Sequence record: OY979482.1
DNA from: Klebsiella phage vB_Ko_K4PH164
DNA: 32,000 nucleotides
Direction: 5' to 3' (one strand)
Positions 1 to 9,719 of the stretch are shown in pieces. A program made the position numbers and the translations under genes. The notes beneath the pieces are model-generated. The model searched no databases. It was not told the origin of the DNA and saw only the letters and a program-made list of their open reading frames with translations. Every line of letters starts with the position of its first letter. Position 1 is the first letter of the stretch.

Positions 1-2
1 CT

Positions 3-131
3 GCTGGCGCACCTATTGAGGTCCAAAGCCCTCGTGGTATTTTCATGCTAACGGAAAACGAGAACGGTGTTGATCGTAAACCTGCGTTCTCCAATGATTT
101 CAACTTATCCTTCATGGAGTACATAGAATGA
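3..131 (+). CDS. C-terminal fragment of a probable minor tail protein (truncated by window start)
   Basis: Open frame from position 3 (...AGAPIEVQSPRGIFMLTENENGVDRKPAFSNDFNLSFMEYIE*) with its stop overlapping the next gene start (ATGA at 128-131); tail-gene context. Confidence 0.6.
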   Translation, partial: AGAPIEVQSPRGIFMLTENENGVDRKPAFSNDFNLSFMEYIE

Positions 132-712
132 TTACCGCGGATTTATCTGAAGAGGTTGCATATTACTTGGCGCAAGGAAACGTAAACCTTGCGCTTGCAA
201 CGGAGATTGAATTTAACTCCGGTATATCGCGCTATCACTCTGCTACAGGTCAAATAGAAATTGGTGGTGAGATCTTTTATGGAACAGGTCAGCTAGGCGA
301 CTGTTCTGTAATTAATGAAGAGAACAATACCTCTGACCAACAAATTAACTTGACGCTTAATGGCTTAAATAACGAGCTCGTAGCAATAGCTTTAAATGAA
401 AAAGTCGTCGGTCGTCGGGTGACTTGCTACATTGTCGTTTTTGACGATGATTATACAGCAATGGCGTATAACATTATCTACGTAGGAAAGATCGCTCAAC
501 CTGCTTTAAGCGCGGGAGGTACTTGTGCGATTTCTTATAATGTGGGTAACATCTTTCAAGAATGGTCGAAAAGCAAGCCATATCGCTTTACTGATGAATC
601 GCACGTTAAAGATCATCCAGGTGACAGAATTTTCAGATACGTTGGTCAAATGTCTGAACGTTCTATTTATTGGGGTAGCAAAAAAGATGCTCCGGGGTTC
701 ACATACTCATGA
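128..712 (+). CDS. Minor tail protein, DUF2163-like
   Basis: 194 aa ORF, MITADLSEEVAYYLAQGNVNLALATEIEF..., located just before the NlpC/P60-like and tip genes as in many siphophages. Confidence 0.6.
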   Translation: MITADLSEEVAYYLAQGNVNLALATEIEFNSGISRYHSATGQIEIGGEIFYGTGQLGDCSVINEENNTSDQQINLTLNGLNNELVAIALNEKVVGRRVTCYIVVFDDDYTAMAYNIIYVGKIAQPALSAGGTCAISYNVGNIFQEWSKSKPYRFTDESHVKDHPGDRIFRYVGQMSERSIYWGSKKDAPGFTYS

Positions 713-1116
713 AAAGATATATTGATTGGCAAGTGCGTTTATTGGCTCTTACGGAATCTCGTGAAGAAGTTCCGTTTGAGTGGGGTAAATATGATTGCTG
801 CTTATTCGCTGCTGATGTCGTAAAGGAAATGACTGGTGAAGACTATGCTGAACCTTTCCGTGGCAAGTACACAACCGAAGAAGGCGCTAAGGCTCTTTTA
901 GATGAAAAAGGTGGATTGGTAGAATATATTGATTCAGTTCTTCCTCGTAAAGACGTTAACTTTGCACAGCGCGGCGATGTTGTCCTGGTAACCACAGATC
1001 TTGGTGATACTCTCGGGATTTTTTGGAGCATGGGGCAGGTATGGTTACATGCTCCTGAAGGTGTTAAATTGTTCCCAAGAATGAAGAACAAGATCACAAA
1101 AGCGTGGGGAGTATAA
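709..1116 (+). CDS. Tail assembly protein, DUF6950/NlpC-P60-like
   Basis: FEWGKYDCCLFAADVVKEMTG motif typical of these small Cys-peptidase-like tail proteins; overlaps the previous gene by ATGA. Confidence 0.6.
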   Translation: MKRYIDWQVRLLALTESREEVPFEWGKYDCCLFAADVVKEMTGEDYAEPFRGKYTTEEGAKALLDEKGGLVEYIDSVLPRKDVNFAQRGDVVLVTTDLGDTLGIFWSMGQVWLHAPEGVKLFPRMKNKITKAWGV

Positions 1117-1119
1117 CAG

Positions 1120-3366
1120 ATGCCACCAGCAATAATTGCCGGAGCGATTGCAATCGGTGCCTCAGCGGCTGCCTATGCCGGATATATCTCAATAACAACC
1201 GCTCTTATTATTTCAATGACTGCAACGGTTGCGGGCGCTATGCTAACGAAAGTTTCTGTACCTTCGTTAGGGGCGTATACTTCGCAACAGGATCGAAAGC
1301 AAGTCTTGCGATCATCGGCGGCACCAAAGAACTATATTTACGGTAAGACTAAAATGTCTGGCGTAATGTTCTTTGCTGAAGAACAAGCTGGAGATCAAGC
1401 TGATAAAGAATGGCTCCATATTGCCATTGCTGTTTGTGCCCATGAAGTAAATGCCATATTAGCTGTTTATTTGGGCGACGACAATATTAGTACCTACGGC
1501 GAATACGCACAATACCAAGTCCATAACAACTCAACTGATGTGTCGGATATGCTTTCCCGAGCACCGTCATGGAAGCCTGACATGATTGGTCAAGGCATCT
1601 GCTGGGTACGCTTATCTCTCAAGTTTAATCAGGAGAAATTCCCTTCTGGGCTGCCGAATATTACTTTCCTTGTTGAGGGTAAGAAAGTTTATGACCCACG
1701 ATCAGGTCTAACCCAATATTCTAATAATGCAGCTTTATGTATCCTCGATTATTATCGCGATTATCTGAAAGTACCAGATTCAGAATTGCTGATGGAGGAA
1801 TTCATCGAAGCTGCAAACCTTTGCGATGAAACTATCAACGGTAACAATTATTCGGAACCACGTTATACAATCAATGGAGTTTTCGATGCGTCCGAAGCTG
1901 TTTCGTCGACATTGGACGATCTCCATTTATGCTGTGCAGGTGAACCGACTTACATTGGTGGGAAACATGGCCTATTAGTTGGTGCCTATTACGGCCCAGC
2001 TACCATGGTGCTGGACGAAAGTCAAATTGTTGGGGATATAAAGATCGTTCCTGAAACTCCATGGAACGAACGTATTAACATCGTACAAGGTACTTTCATC
2101 GATCCTGAGCAAGGTTATACAGAGGTTGACTACCCCGCTGTAAAAGTCGATGCCTACATCATTGAAGATGGCGCTGAGTTCACTACTGATCAAAAATACC
2201 GTTTTGTTACTTCAGAGTTTCAAGCCCAGAGACTGGCCCAGATAGCGATAAACCGCAAGCGCCTGGGGCGCACCATGGATATATCGTTAAACTTCGCGGG
2301 ATACCCTTATCGCCCTGGGCGGTACGTTAAAATCAATATCCCACAGCTCGGTATTGCTATGCAGGAATTCCGCGTTACGAAATGGGCGCTGAATCCTAAT
2401 GGTACGGGTATTAAAATCACTGTTCGCCAAGAAAACGCTGACGTCTGGGGTGATGCTGTTGGTAAACCCATTGACAGACCAGATCTGACAAACTTACCAG
2501 GTCCGAACGTACCAGCACCAACGAACATTCAATTCGTTCCTGTAGCTTCGAATGCTGAGGTTAATTATCAGGGTGAGTTGTCATGGGTTAACCCTACCAC
2601 TGTTGATTTTACGCAAATCATTATTCAGGGTAACGGTAAGACAATTGTTAGCCAGCAATCGACAGGAAATAAAATTCAAGTCAACGGACTAGATCGCGGT
2701 ATCACCTACACGGCATATTTGCGTAACTCTGCGAAGGGTGGAATACTGAGTAATGTGGCCACATTACAGTTCGTGCTCGCTATTGACTCGAAGTATTATG
2801 GTGACATTTACGCAAATAATGGTTATTTTAAAGGGACTGTTTATGCGAACAATATAGTTGGCGACGTCTATAATAAGATGTCCGGTGGTATCCCATATGT
2901 GAACGTATCAGACGACTACGGTAGCGGATTCCCGTGGGCATCGAGCGCAGGTGAGCATGTGATCTGGTCTATACCGGGAGAAGAGTTCGATAGAACAATG
3001 GACTCTAACCTATATCTGACGCTGTCGTCATCGGAGAGACAATATTTTACAGTTCTCATGAGGGCGCCAGGTTTGCCAGATCAACAAGTGGCGTATATCG
3101 ACACAGGAAACGACGGGTCGAACTCCCCCGCAGTAGTACAGCTTAATGGGGTGACTGTCCCAGCAACTGATAGAGATACGCCTTGCCAACTAATATGTGT
3201 GGTGAGGACGAACAGGTCGTCAGGGGCGTCGTTCTATACGCCGTTGGCAGTGCAAACATTGAAAGAGAACTCTTCCGGCGCTAAAGATTTAGTTGGTCGC
3301 ACAGTGCGCGAGGTCCCTTGGGTGGCTCTGTATAAAAAAGGCAGAACGCCTATTATTCCAGTTTAA
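1120..3366 (+). CDS. Tail tip / host specificity protein J-like
   Basis: 748 aa; N-terminal hydrophobic segment, then a tip attachment region and fibronectin III-like strands (NLPGPNVPAPTNIQFVPVASNAEVNYQGELSWVNPT); gene order. Confidence 0.8.
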   Translation: MPPAIIAGAIAIGASAAAYAGYISITTALIISMTATVAGAMLTKVSVPSLGAYTSQQDRKQVLRSSAAPKNYIYGKTKMSGVMFFAEEQAGDQADKEWLHIAIAVCAHEVNAILAVYLGDDNISTYGEYAQYQVHNNSTDVSDMLSRAPSWKPDMIGQGICWVRLSLKFNQEKFPSGLPNITFLVEGKKVYDPRSGLTQYSNNAALCILDYYRDYLKVPDSELLMEEFIEAANLCDETINGNNYSEPRYTINGVFDASEAVSSTLDDLHLCCAGEPTYIGGKHGLLVGAYYGPATMVLDESQIVGDIKIVPETPWNERINIVQGTFIDPEQGYTEVDYPAVKVDAYIIEDGAEFTTDQKYRFVTSEFQAQRLAQIAINRKRLGRTMDISLNFAGYPYRPGRYVKINIPQLGIAMQEFRVTKWALNPNGTGIKITVRQENADVWGDAVGKPIDRPDLTNLPGPNVPAPTNIQFVPVASNAEVNYQGELSWVNPTTVDFTQIIIQGNGKTIVSQQSTGNKIQVNGLDRGITYTAYLRNSAKGGILSNVATLQFVLAIDSKYYGDIYANNGYFKGTVYANNIVGDVYNKMSGGIPYVNVSDDYGSGFPWASSAGEHVIWSIPGEEFDRTMDSNLYLTLSSSERQYFTVLMRAPGLPDQQVAYIDTGNDGSNSPAVVQLNGVTVPATDRDTPCQLICVVRTNRSSGASFYTPLAVQTLKENSSGAKDLVGRTVREVPWVALYKKGRTPIIPV

Positions 3367-3375
3367 GGAACTGAA

Positions 3376-5641
3376 ATGACTACTACCATTAGAGGTGTAC
3401 TTGTAGACGGTCGAGGGCAACCGATGGCCAATACGCAGATGCAGGCCCTGGCGACTGTTACAAGTACGCCAATAGCCGGTGTAACAGCTTACATGAAAAC
3501 GGATGCGCAAGGCAATTATAGCTTTCCATTGGAAATCGGTAATTATGCTTTCAGTATCTGGTTTGGTGAACTAGGTTATCAATTTGTCGGTGATATCGAA
3601 ATACTAGAAAACACACCTGATGCTTCTCTTGATCAAATTCTAGTACTACCCCCTAGCGCTCAGCCTATGTCTTTGACAAAGATATTGCAAGCGCTGGTTG
3701 ATGCAGAACTAGCCGCCGAATCTGCTTCTAACGCCGCTACGGATGCTGCTAACGAAGTTCGGGATACCCTAATCCCACTCGGTCGCCAATACCAAACACT
3801 TGCCGCCGCGCAAGCAGACATCGCCAATATCCCCGAGGGTTCGACCACGTATTACCGTAGCCCTGACGATAGCGCCCTGGCTATTGAGGTGATCAATAAT
3901 GCCGGAACGTTGGAACCTACTGGTCGAAAGATGCCTTCATCGGCAAAAATCGATGCTGTTAGCGAGCTGGTCTTTTCCGAGACCGCGTTGTCACCTTTGA
4001 TATTTTTAGCTGACGCTGAAGGAAATAATGTTGGTGTATTTCTTTCTGACGGTTCGTTTTACCTGATCGGTATGAGCGGCGCATTACAGGATCAGTATGC
4101 GATACGTCATGCCGGGGATATTCGCTCGGGGATCAATAGAATTGAAGGTATTTCAGAGCTTGTAGGCTCCGATTTATCGTCATTGCTGTCCTCATCTCGC
4201 GATGCCCAAGGGGTTCCCTTCTTATCTTTCTCCCCAGATGGCGGATTATTCCTGCGGGGGATGGTAGGCGCATTACAGGATAGAGCTTGTAGGCTCCGAT
4301 TTATCGTCATTGCTGTCCTCATCTCGCGATGCCCAAGGGGTTCCCTTCTTATCTTTCTCCCCAGATGGCGGATTATTCCTGCGGGGGATGGTAGGCGCAT
4401 TACAGGATTTATACGCTATTAAGCACGCAGCAGATATCAAAGCTGGTATTGCTGGCATAGGGGTTGTAGAAGAATCGTTGGAGGCCATGAAGCCAAGGCT
4501 CTCTGACCGCATTTTCTATGCACTGAACAAAACAGGGGAGCTGGTGAGTCAGGCCGTTCGTGTCGGGAGAGTCACTCGTAGGCAGAAGACTGGTTATAAC
4601 CTGAACTCATGGCCACAAGGGAAACTCTGCATCGACGGCAACGGGCGGATTTACTGTGGTTATAACAGCGCACCGTCCCACGGCGGTTCTGGCACTGTGC
4701 CCATGATAACGCGTAGTGACGATGATGGTGTAAGCTGGTCAGACCCGGTTCAGATTGTCACTGGTGAAAACTACGCGCGCGGAACGGACTGGTGGTCCCT
4801 CGGTGTTGACGACAGCAATAACCTGTGGGGTATAGTTCGCAGCCGAGGTGCAAACAATCAGGTTGGCGTAACTTTTTATAACCTGTATAAATCGACGGAC
4901 GGCGGGACGTCATGGGTGAAAGTTGGAGAGATATCCTCAGTCACTCAAGTCATTAATGACGTTTCATATGTGCCAGAACTGTTCCACGATATGTGTTATA
5001 TCCCAACCACCGGGCGCATGGTGACGGGTTATCATTTCGCTAACTCATCGCGTGTAGGTTTTATGTCGTTTGATATCACCGATCCGTTAAATACCATCGT
5101 GACGCAAGATGTTATCACACATGGCGAGTTCTCTACGCTCAAGTACTGTGAGCCTACTATCGCCGTTGAATATACGCGGAATGCGGAGGGGACGATTTAC
5201 GGTGGTCTCCGCACTCAGGACAACGCATATCCCTCGCAATTGTATTTTATGAACACGGACTTAACTGGTTTCACCAGGTTCAATGCCCCGGAGTCAGTGC
5301 AATATTGTCCTATGACGATTCGCCGTATCAACGGTCAATTCGTCCTGCTGACAATAGAGCGCTACAACACGGGAGCGATGAATTTATGGTTTGGGACGCC
5401 AACTGACTTCTACAATATGGCATCGTCAAATTTCTGGAAGATGCCTATTGGAAAAATCGTGGACGAGGTAACTGTTGGGGCTTCTAACGTTGGCGTACAG
5501 GATATGGAGATCCACGGCGATAATTTATATTTTGCATGGTCTAGTGAAACGAAAAACACATATGCAGATACCTACATCGGGAAAATGAATATGGTTTACC
5601 CGGCATCACTGATTAATAACGAATATTTGGAGGGTCTATAA
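3376..5641 (+). CDS. Tail fibre/spike, frame disrupted by a 127-bp tandem duplication; N-terminal prophage tail fibre N-like domain, C-terminal sialidase/BNR-like Asp-box region
   Basis: Track shows two ORFs, 3376..4422 and 4310..5641, in different frames, joined at an exact 127-bp repeat. Removing one copy gives 2139 nt (712 aa) open frame. N-term MTTTIRGVLVDGRGQPMANTQMQALA; C-term Asp-box motifs SDDDGVSWS and STDGGTSW. Confidence 0.85.
4155..4408 (+). repeat. Exact tandem direct duplication, 2 x 127 bp (4155-4281 and 4282-4408)
   Basis: Both copies read agagcttgtaggctccgatttatcg...gtaggcgcattacaggat with no mismatch by direct comparison. Confidence 0.98.
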
Positions 5642-6396
5642 TGGCCGGTGCAGTTATTCTCAAATCAAAAAATACACTGGTAGCAGGTCGCTCCCCTATT
5701 GCATTGGGTGATGCGCTGCATCTAGAAGCGTCCCGAGCAGTGGCTGTTGATGATAAAGTAAATCTGATTGATTACCTCAATAGCGCCAGGGTATTCACAC
5801 AACTAGCTGGGGTAAACACGGAATTACCCTCCGCTCCTGTAATTCAGACTGTTGACGGATTTGAAGAGCTGGACTTCCCCAAAGGTGCAGGGCTGGCATC
5901 AGCTTATGATGCGCTCAGTGGTGCTGCTGAGGCTACTATGTATTTAGTACTTCGTGCTAATTTGGCCTCAGCTGACAACAACGGGGTAATATTCCGGTGG
6001 ATGTCAAGCTATACCGGGAATGGTTCAACAGATAAAGGTTTTATCATGCGCAAGTACGCTGCCGCTAACTCCATCCAATGGCTTATTGATGGCGGGGCGA
6101 ACATTACATCAATGTCGCAGGTGTTTTCGAAATCAGGATATGTAGCGGTATGCGTTGGATGGTCTGTTGCCAACAATATCGCCTTCTTCAATATAAATGG
6201 AACCGAAGTATCCAACACGATGAGCATCGCCCCCCCAACAGGTGGCGGATATATGTCGTTCGGTTACAGTCCTGATTACGCCACCCAGCGTTGCCCTATG
6301 GGTTTACGCATGGCTTTGGGGTATAAGTCTTATCATGATGCAGAAACACGTGCTCTTATGATACAGAAACTCATGGAAGATAATGGATTGAGTTAA
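5641..6396 (+). CDS. Tail-associated structural protein (possible fibre tip/decoration protein, lectin-like C-terminus)
   Basis: 251 aa; start overlaps the previous stop (TAATG); beta-rich sequence; last gene of the tail module before the terminator. Confidence 0.55.
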   Translation: MAGAVILKSKNTLVAGRSPIALGDALHLEASRAVAVDDKVNLIDYLNSARVFTQLAGVNTELPSAPVIQTVDGFEELDFPKGAGLASAYDALSGAAEATMYLVLRANLASADNNGVIFRWMSSYTGNGSTDKGFIMRKYAAANSIQWLIDGGANITSMSQVFSKSGYVAVCVGWSVANNIAFFNINGTEVSNTMSIAPPTGGGYMSFGYSPDYATQRCPMGLRMALGYKSYHDAETRALMIQKLMEDNGLS

Positions 6397-6416
6397 AATC
6401 TTATTGACTTTGTAAT

Positions 6417-6448
6417 AAAAAGCCCGGTTTATCGCCGGGCTTTCCTTT
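6417..6448. terminator. Bidirectional intrinsic terminator between convergent transcription units
   Basis: aaaaAGCCCGGtttatcgCCGGGCTttccttt: 7-bp GC-rich stem flanked by A-tract and T-tract, between + gene ending 6396 and - genes. Confidence 0.85.
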
Positions 6449-6557
6449 ATGCAAGCCATATTACCCCACCCACTACAACCCACACTGCTAAGTTAAAGTA
6501 GACAAGAGCGTAACGGCGAGCTTGATAAGCGGGCATTTGCCCAAGCCAGTGCCACAT
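6447..6557 (-). CDS. Small membrane protein, 36 aa (not in supplied ORF track)
   Basis: MWHWLGQMPAYQARRYALVYFNLAVWVVVGGVIWLA*; AGGAG ribosome-binding site 9 nt upstream; one hydrophobic helix. Confidence 0.6.
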   Translation of the reverse strand: MWHWLGQMPAYQARRYALVYFNLAVWVVVGGVIWLA

Positions 6558-6677
6558 TTTTTCATTCTCCTATAAAAACGATTATTCTTGATAAGACTCA
6601 GACAAGGTAGTTTATAATGTGGTTACCACCTTGTTGTTTCTGTATAGAGTATCGTCCCTGACGCTCTATCAAGTCAA

Positions 6678-6779
6678 CTAAAAGAATAACCAATTAAAGA
6701 ATTTAAACACACCAAAGAAGATTACAGCTATTAAAATTCCGAGAAAAAGAAATTCTTTAGGCCCGGCTATATTTCCCAT
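6678..6779 (-). CDS. Small membrane protein, 33 aa, start coupled to the DNA polymerase stop (not in supplied ORF track)
   Basis: MGNIAGPKEFLFLGILIAVIFFGVFKFFNWLFF*; TAATG overlap with polymerase stop; strong predicted transmembrane stretch. Confidence 0.6.
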   Translation of the reverse strand: MGNIAGPKEFLFLGILIAVIFFGVFKFFNWLFF

Positions 6780-8743
6780 TATTGATACCCCATCATTTCA
6801 AGATATTTGTTAGCTTTCGCTATGTAAGTTTCATGGTTAAGATCTTCTGGAAACTCTTCAGGTAATTCCATCATCGGAACACCACCAGTTGAGTTCGTTA
6901 CCTTGTTACCAGAAGCAGCATAAACCATTTCAGGTGAATCTTCAGGTCCATAATACCAGCGCACAACCTTGCCTAGATAGTGCCCGTTGCAAACCGCTCC
7001 ACCCTTAACGTTGCGCACTACTGCAAATTTACGCACATCGCGACATTCGCGTATTGTTTGCTCTACGGGTATATTATCCTTCAGCTTAGCTCTTACAGCT
7101 TCTACGATAATCTCACCTGTTGGGTTTTTTGACAAACCAGAGTCAGCAAACCAGCCTTTACATTTCAAATGACCATCGTCAGTGATAGCAACATAGTTGT
7201 TAACGTTTGCTGAGAATAGAGCTCGATAGAAATTAGATTCCATTTCAAACCCTGTTTGCTTCTCCCACCAACCAATGATAGTTTCAACGAGCTGTTCTTG
7301 TTCGTCGGCATAATCGATAACAATACCATCGGTGTTAGCAGATATAACAGGAATACCCATCAACTCAAAAGCTTCAATAAGCATTAAGAGTGATAGCTGA
7401 CCGGTAATAGTTACCTGGATAAGCAATTGCGGAGCATATAATACTGACCACATTGAGCCCAGCTTACCAAACGAACCGTTGATAACGATCTTCAGTGTCT
7501 GAGCGGTTTTCTTGTCTCCTGTATGTTTAGCGCGAACACGCCTGTCAACGATCTTCTTATAAACACGAAGGAATACTTCACCAAGGTGCTCGGGGAATAA
7601 TCGCTGACCCAATATCACACTAGGGTAATAGGAGGTTACGTCAATATCGCGTTTTTTACGCCCCTTAACGTATCGGTGGCAGGCAGCTTCTTCTGTGGAG
7701 TGAAGACCACCGATCCCCATTTGGTAAGTTGCATTACCAATATTGATACGGAGGTTTTTGAGCTGCCAAGGTAATTCAACAGAACCTTTATCGCTAATGA
7801 CAAAATCACATTTCTTAATTAAGTCTATAACGCTACGCATCAACGGAGTCTGATAAACTAAGAAGCCAGGAACGTTGTACTTATAACGCCTACCTGGCTC
7901 CACCCTTGCTCTCTGTACTCGCTTGCGGGTAATACGCTGTATTTCGTGGCGTATTACGTCCTCTGCAATTTGTGCATCGGAACGGGAACGAAGGTCAACA
8001 CCGTATTCCTTAGACATGATTTCACGCAAGTGAATTTCATCTTCTAAAGCTAGGAATAGCGATTCGGTTGCGTCCAGGTCATTGATACAGTAATGACGCA
8101 CAATAAGCATATGATCATGGGTAAGCATCATATTTGGCGGGAAAGGTAGATCTTGCAGTCGCTTACGATGTAACCGCCCAGCACGTTGTTTCAAGCTACC
8201 ACCAGCGGGCGCCACTTCCATGACGTCAATGTGGTTAAGCTTTAATCGATCTAGCCCTGCTTCTTTTAAAATGTCGCTAGGGCGCCAATCTTCTAAGATG
8301 ATACGATCAGTCGCTTGCTTCATTTCGGAATTAGTTGCACCATTCAGGGCAAGTGTTAAGATTGGTTCATCGTACCCAAGACCGTTGTAACTGACTAATA
8401 AGAAGTTATGAACTATCCAATTCAACCATTCTACATTTAATTCGCATCCAAGATACTTTTCAAAGTAGATAACTTTTTGAGTCTTAACGTTGCGGAATGC
8501 GATTAAGAAATAGTTAGGATAACACTCGATATCGAATACATGTGGCTCACCTGCTTTCTGGGCCTCCATGAGTTCTTCAACCGTGTACATGTTAACAACT
8601 GCCCGTCGTGCTTCGTCAATGCCCGGTAAATAGTCCGGACGTTCCCAAGTACGCGGTGGTGGCGTGCGTTTGATCTTTTCTTTCTTAACTTTTGGAGGAG
8701 GTGGCAAATCCTGCCAGAAAAAACCAATGGCATCTGTTCTCAT
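6779..8743 (-). CDS. Family B DNA polymerase
   Basis: Exonuclease motif FDIECYPNYF; polymerase motifs DVTSYYPSVIL, KIVINGSFGKLG, SANTDGIVI. Confidence 0.9.
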   Translation of the reverse strand: MRTDAIGFFWQDLPPPPKVKKEKIKRTPPPRTWERPDYLPGIDEARRAVVNMYTVEELMEAQKAGEPHVFDIECYPNYFLIAFRNVKTQKVIYFEKYLGCELNVEWLNWIVHNFLLVSYNGLGYDEPILTLALNGATNSEMKQATDRIILEDWRPSDILKEAGLDRLKLNHIDVMEVAPAGGSLKQRAGRLHRKRLQDLPFPPNMMLTHDHMLIVRHYCINDLDATESLFLALEDEIHLREIMSKEYGVDLRSRSDAQIAEDVIRHEIQRITRKRVQRARVEPGRRYKYNVPGFLVYQTPLMRSVIDLIKKCDFVISDKGSVELPWQLKNLRINIGNATYQMGIGGLHSTEEAACHRYVKGRKKRDIDVTSYYPSVILGQRLFPEHLGEVFLRVYKKIVDRRVRAKHTGDKKTAQTLKIVINGSFGKLGSMWSVLYAPQLLIQVTITGQLSLLMLIEAFELMGIPVISANTDGIVIDYADEQEQLVETIIGWWEKQTGFEMESNFYRALFSANVNNYVAITDDGHLKCKGWFADSGLSKNPTGEIIVEAVRAKLKDNIPVEQTIRECRDVRKFAVVRNVKGGAVCNGHYLGKVVRWYYGPEDSPEMVYAASGNKVTNSTGGVPMMELPEEFPEDLNHETYIAKANKYLEMMGYQ

Positions 8744-8744
8744 T

Positions 8745-9719
8745 TTATACCCTTTCTCTTTGACCTAAGAGTATGCCTCGTAAGTTCTTACCAAAGAACG
8801 TGCAGGGGTTAGGATAGAGCGTCAAGTCTGCTGTGTCCACATTGTCCTTTAGCAACATTAAGATTTCTAACGCAAATATACCGCGAATAGACTCATCTTG
8901 TAGTCGATAAGACGCGCCTTCGCTTTCGTCAGCATGGGTTCTTACTACCCCTTCTTCGATATAAACCCTGCCGCTATCCGTAGCAAAAGGTTTCAGCTTA
9001 GCAAGCGCCTCAAAAAGGACTGGATCGATAGTTGTCGGGTTACTTTTAACTTCAAACAAGCGATCGATTTCTAAAGGCCATTCATTCTCCATCAAGGTGC
9101 TCTTCATCCAGCAACCTGATTCATAATGGAAAGTGATCGAGTTCTTTGTTACTTGCGCTCGAACTGGTGCCTCTTTAATCTTAACCAGTGCTTCGCAAGC
9201 TTCACTAGACAATACAACATCAAGAGGAAATGGGCTACCAAACCAATACTGAGCAATAGTAACGTTATTTGTGGCGTAGGCAGACCCTCCTTTAATAAGT
9301 ACAGACATACAGAATCGACGAGAAGCATCAGTGCCGATAAAAGGACTAACAGTTTTAATAGCAGTGACAAGTTCGGCTCCGTTAATTTCATAAAACTCTC
9401 CTTCCGGGTCGACGTGAGCGGATATTTCGTCCGTACAAGGTATGTTGGCTTTAAACGCTCCGGACTTAATATGTAGCTTACCGTTTGCTAATAGCGTTAA
9501 CTGCGTTGCGTCCTCGCAGTTTGCTATCGCCTTTACCATTGGGATTGCTTCCGGGGCGCACTCTACGGCTAACGGGATAGGCGCAGCCATTGCTATAACC
9601 CCATTAGTGGCGCGGACCATCCCATCCTTGATCAAAAAGTGGGTAGTACCTGGAACAAAAGCACGTTTACCCACTGCCGACGATGCGAATTTAAGTGCCT
9701 CAAGCATCTTCCATTTCAT
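8745..9719 (-). CDS. DNA polymerase III beta-like sliding clamp
   Basis: 324 aa; clamp-like organisation, directly upstream of the polymerase in the operon; similarity judged from sequence only. Confidence 0.55.
   Translation of the reverse strand: MKWKMLEALKFASSAVGKRAFVPGTTHFLIKDGMVRATNGVIAMAAPIPLAVECAPEAIPMVKAIANCEDATQLTLLANGKLHIKSGAFKANIPCTDEISAHVDPEGEFYEINGAELVTAIKTVSPFIGTDASRRFCMSVLIKGGSAYATNNVTIAQYWFGSPFPLDVVLSSEACEALVKIKEAPVRAQVTKNSITFHYESGCWMKSTLMENEWPLEIDRLFEVKSNPTTIDPVLFEALAKLKPFATDSGRVYIEEGVVRTHADESEGASYRLQDESIRGIFALEILMLLKDNVDTADLTLYPNPCTFFGKNLRGILLGQRERV

Noticed and set aside
1104-1346. 80 aa + strand ORF MGSITDATSNNCRSDC...
   Set aside because: Out-of-frame overlap with the N-terminus of the 1120 tip gene, which has stronger length, content and context support.
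4107-4512. - strand ORFs 4107..4400 and 4273..4512 with shared protein segments
   Set aside because: Both arise from the antisense of the 127-bp duplicated DNA; not independent evidence of paralogous genes.
4310-5641. Separate downstream tail gene as given in the ORF track
   Set aside because: It begins inside the duplicated 127-bp segment with a TTG and no ribosome-binding site; it is the C-terminal part of the 3376 gene displaced by the duplication.
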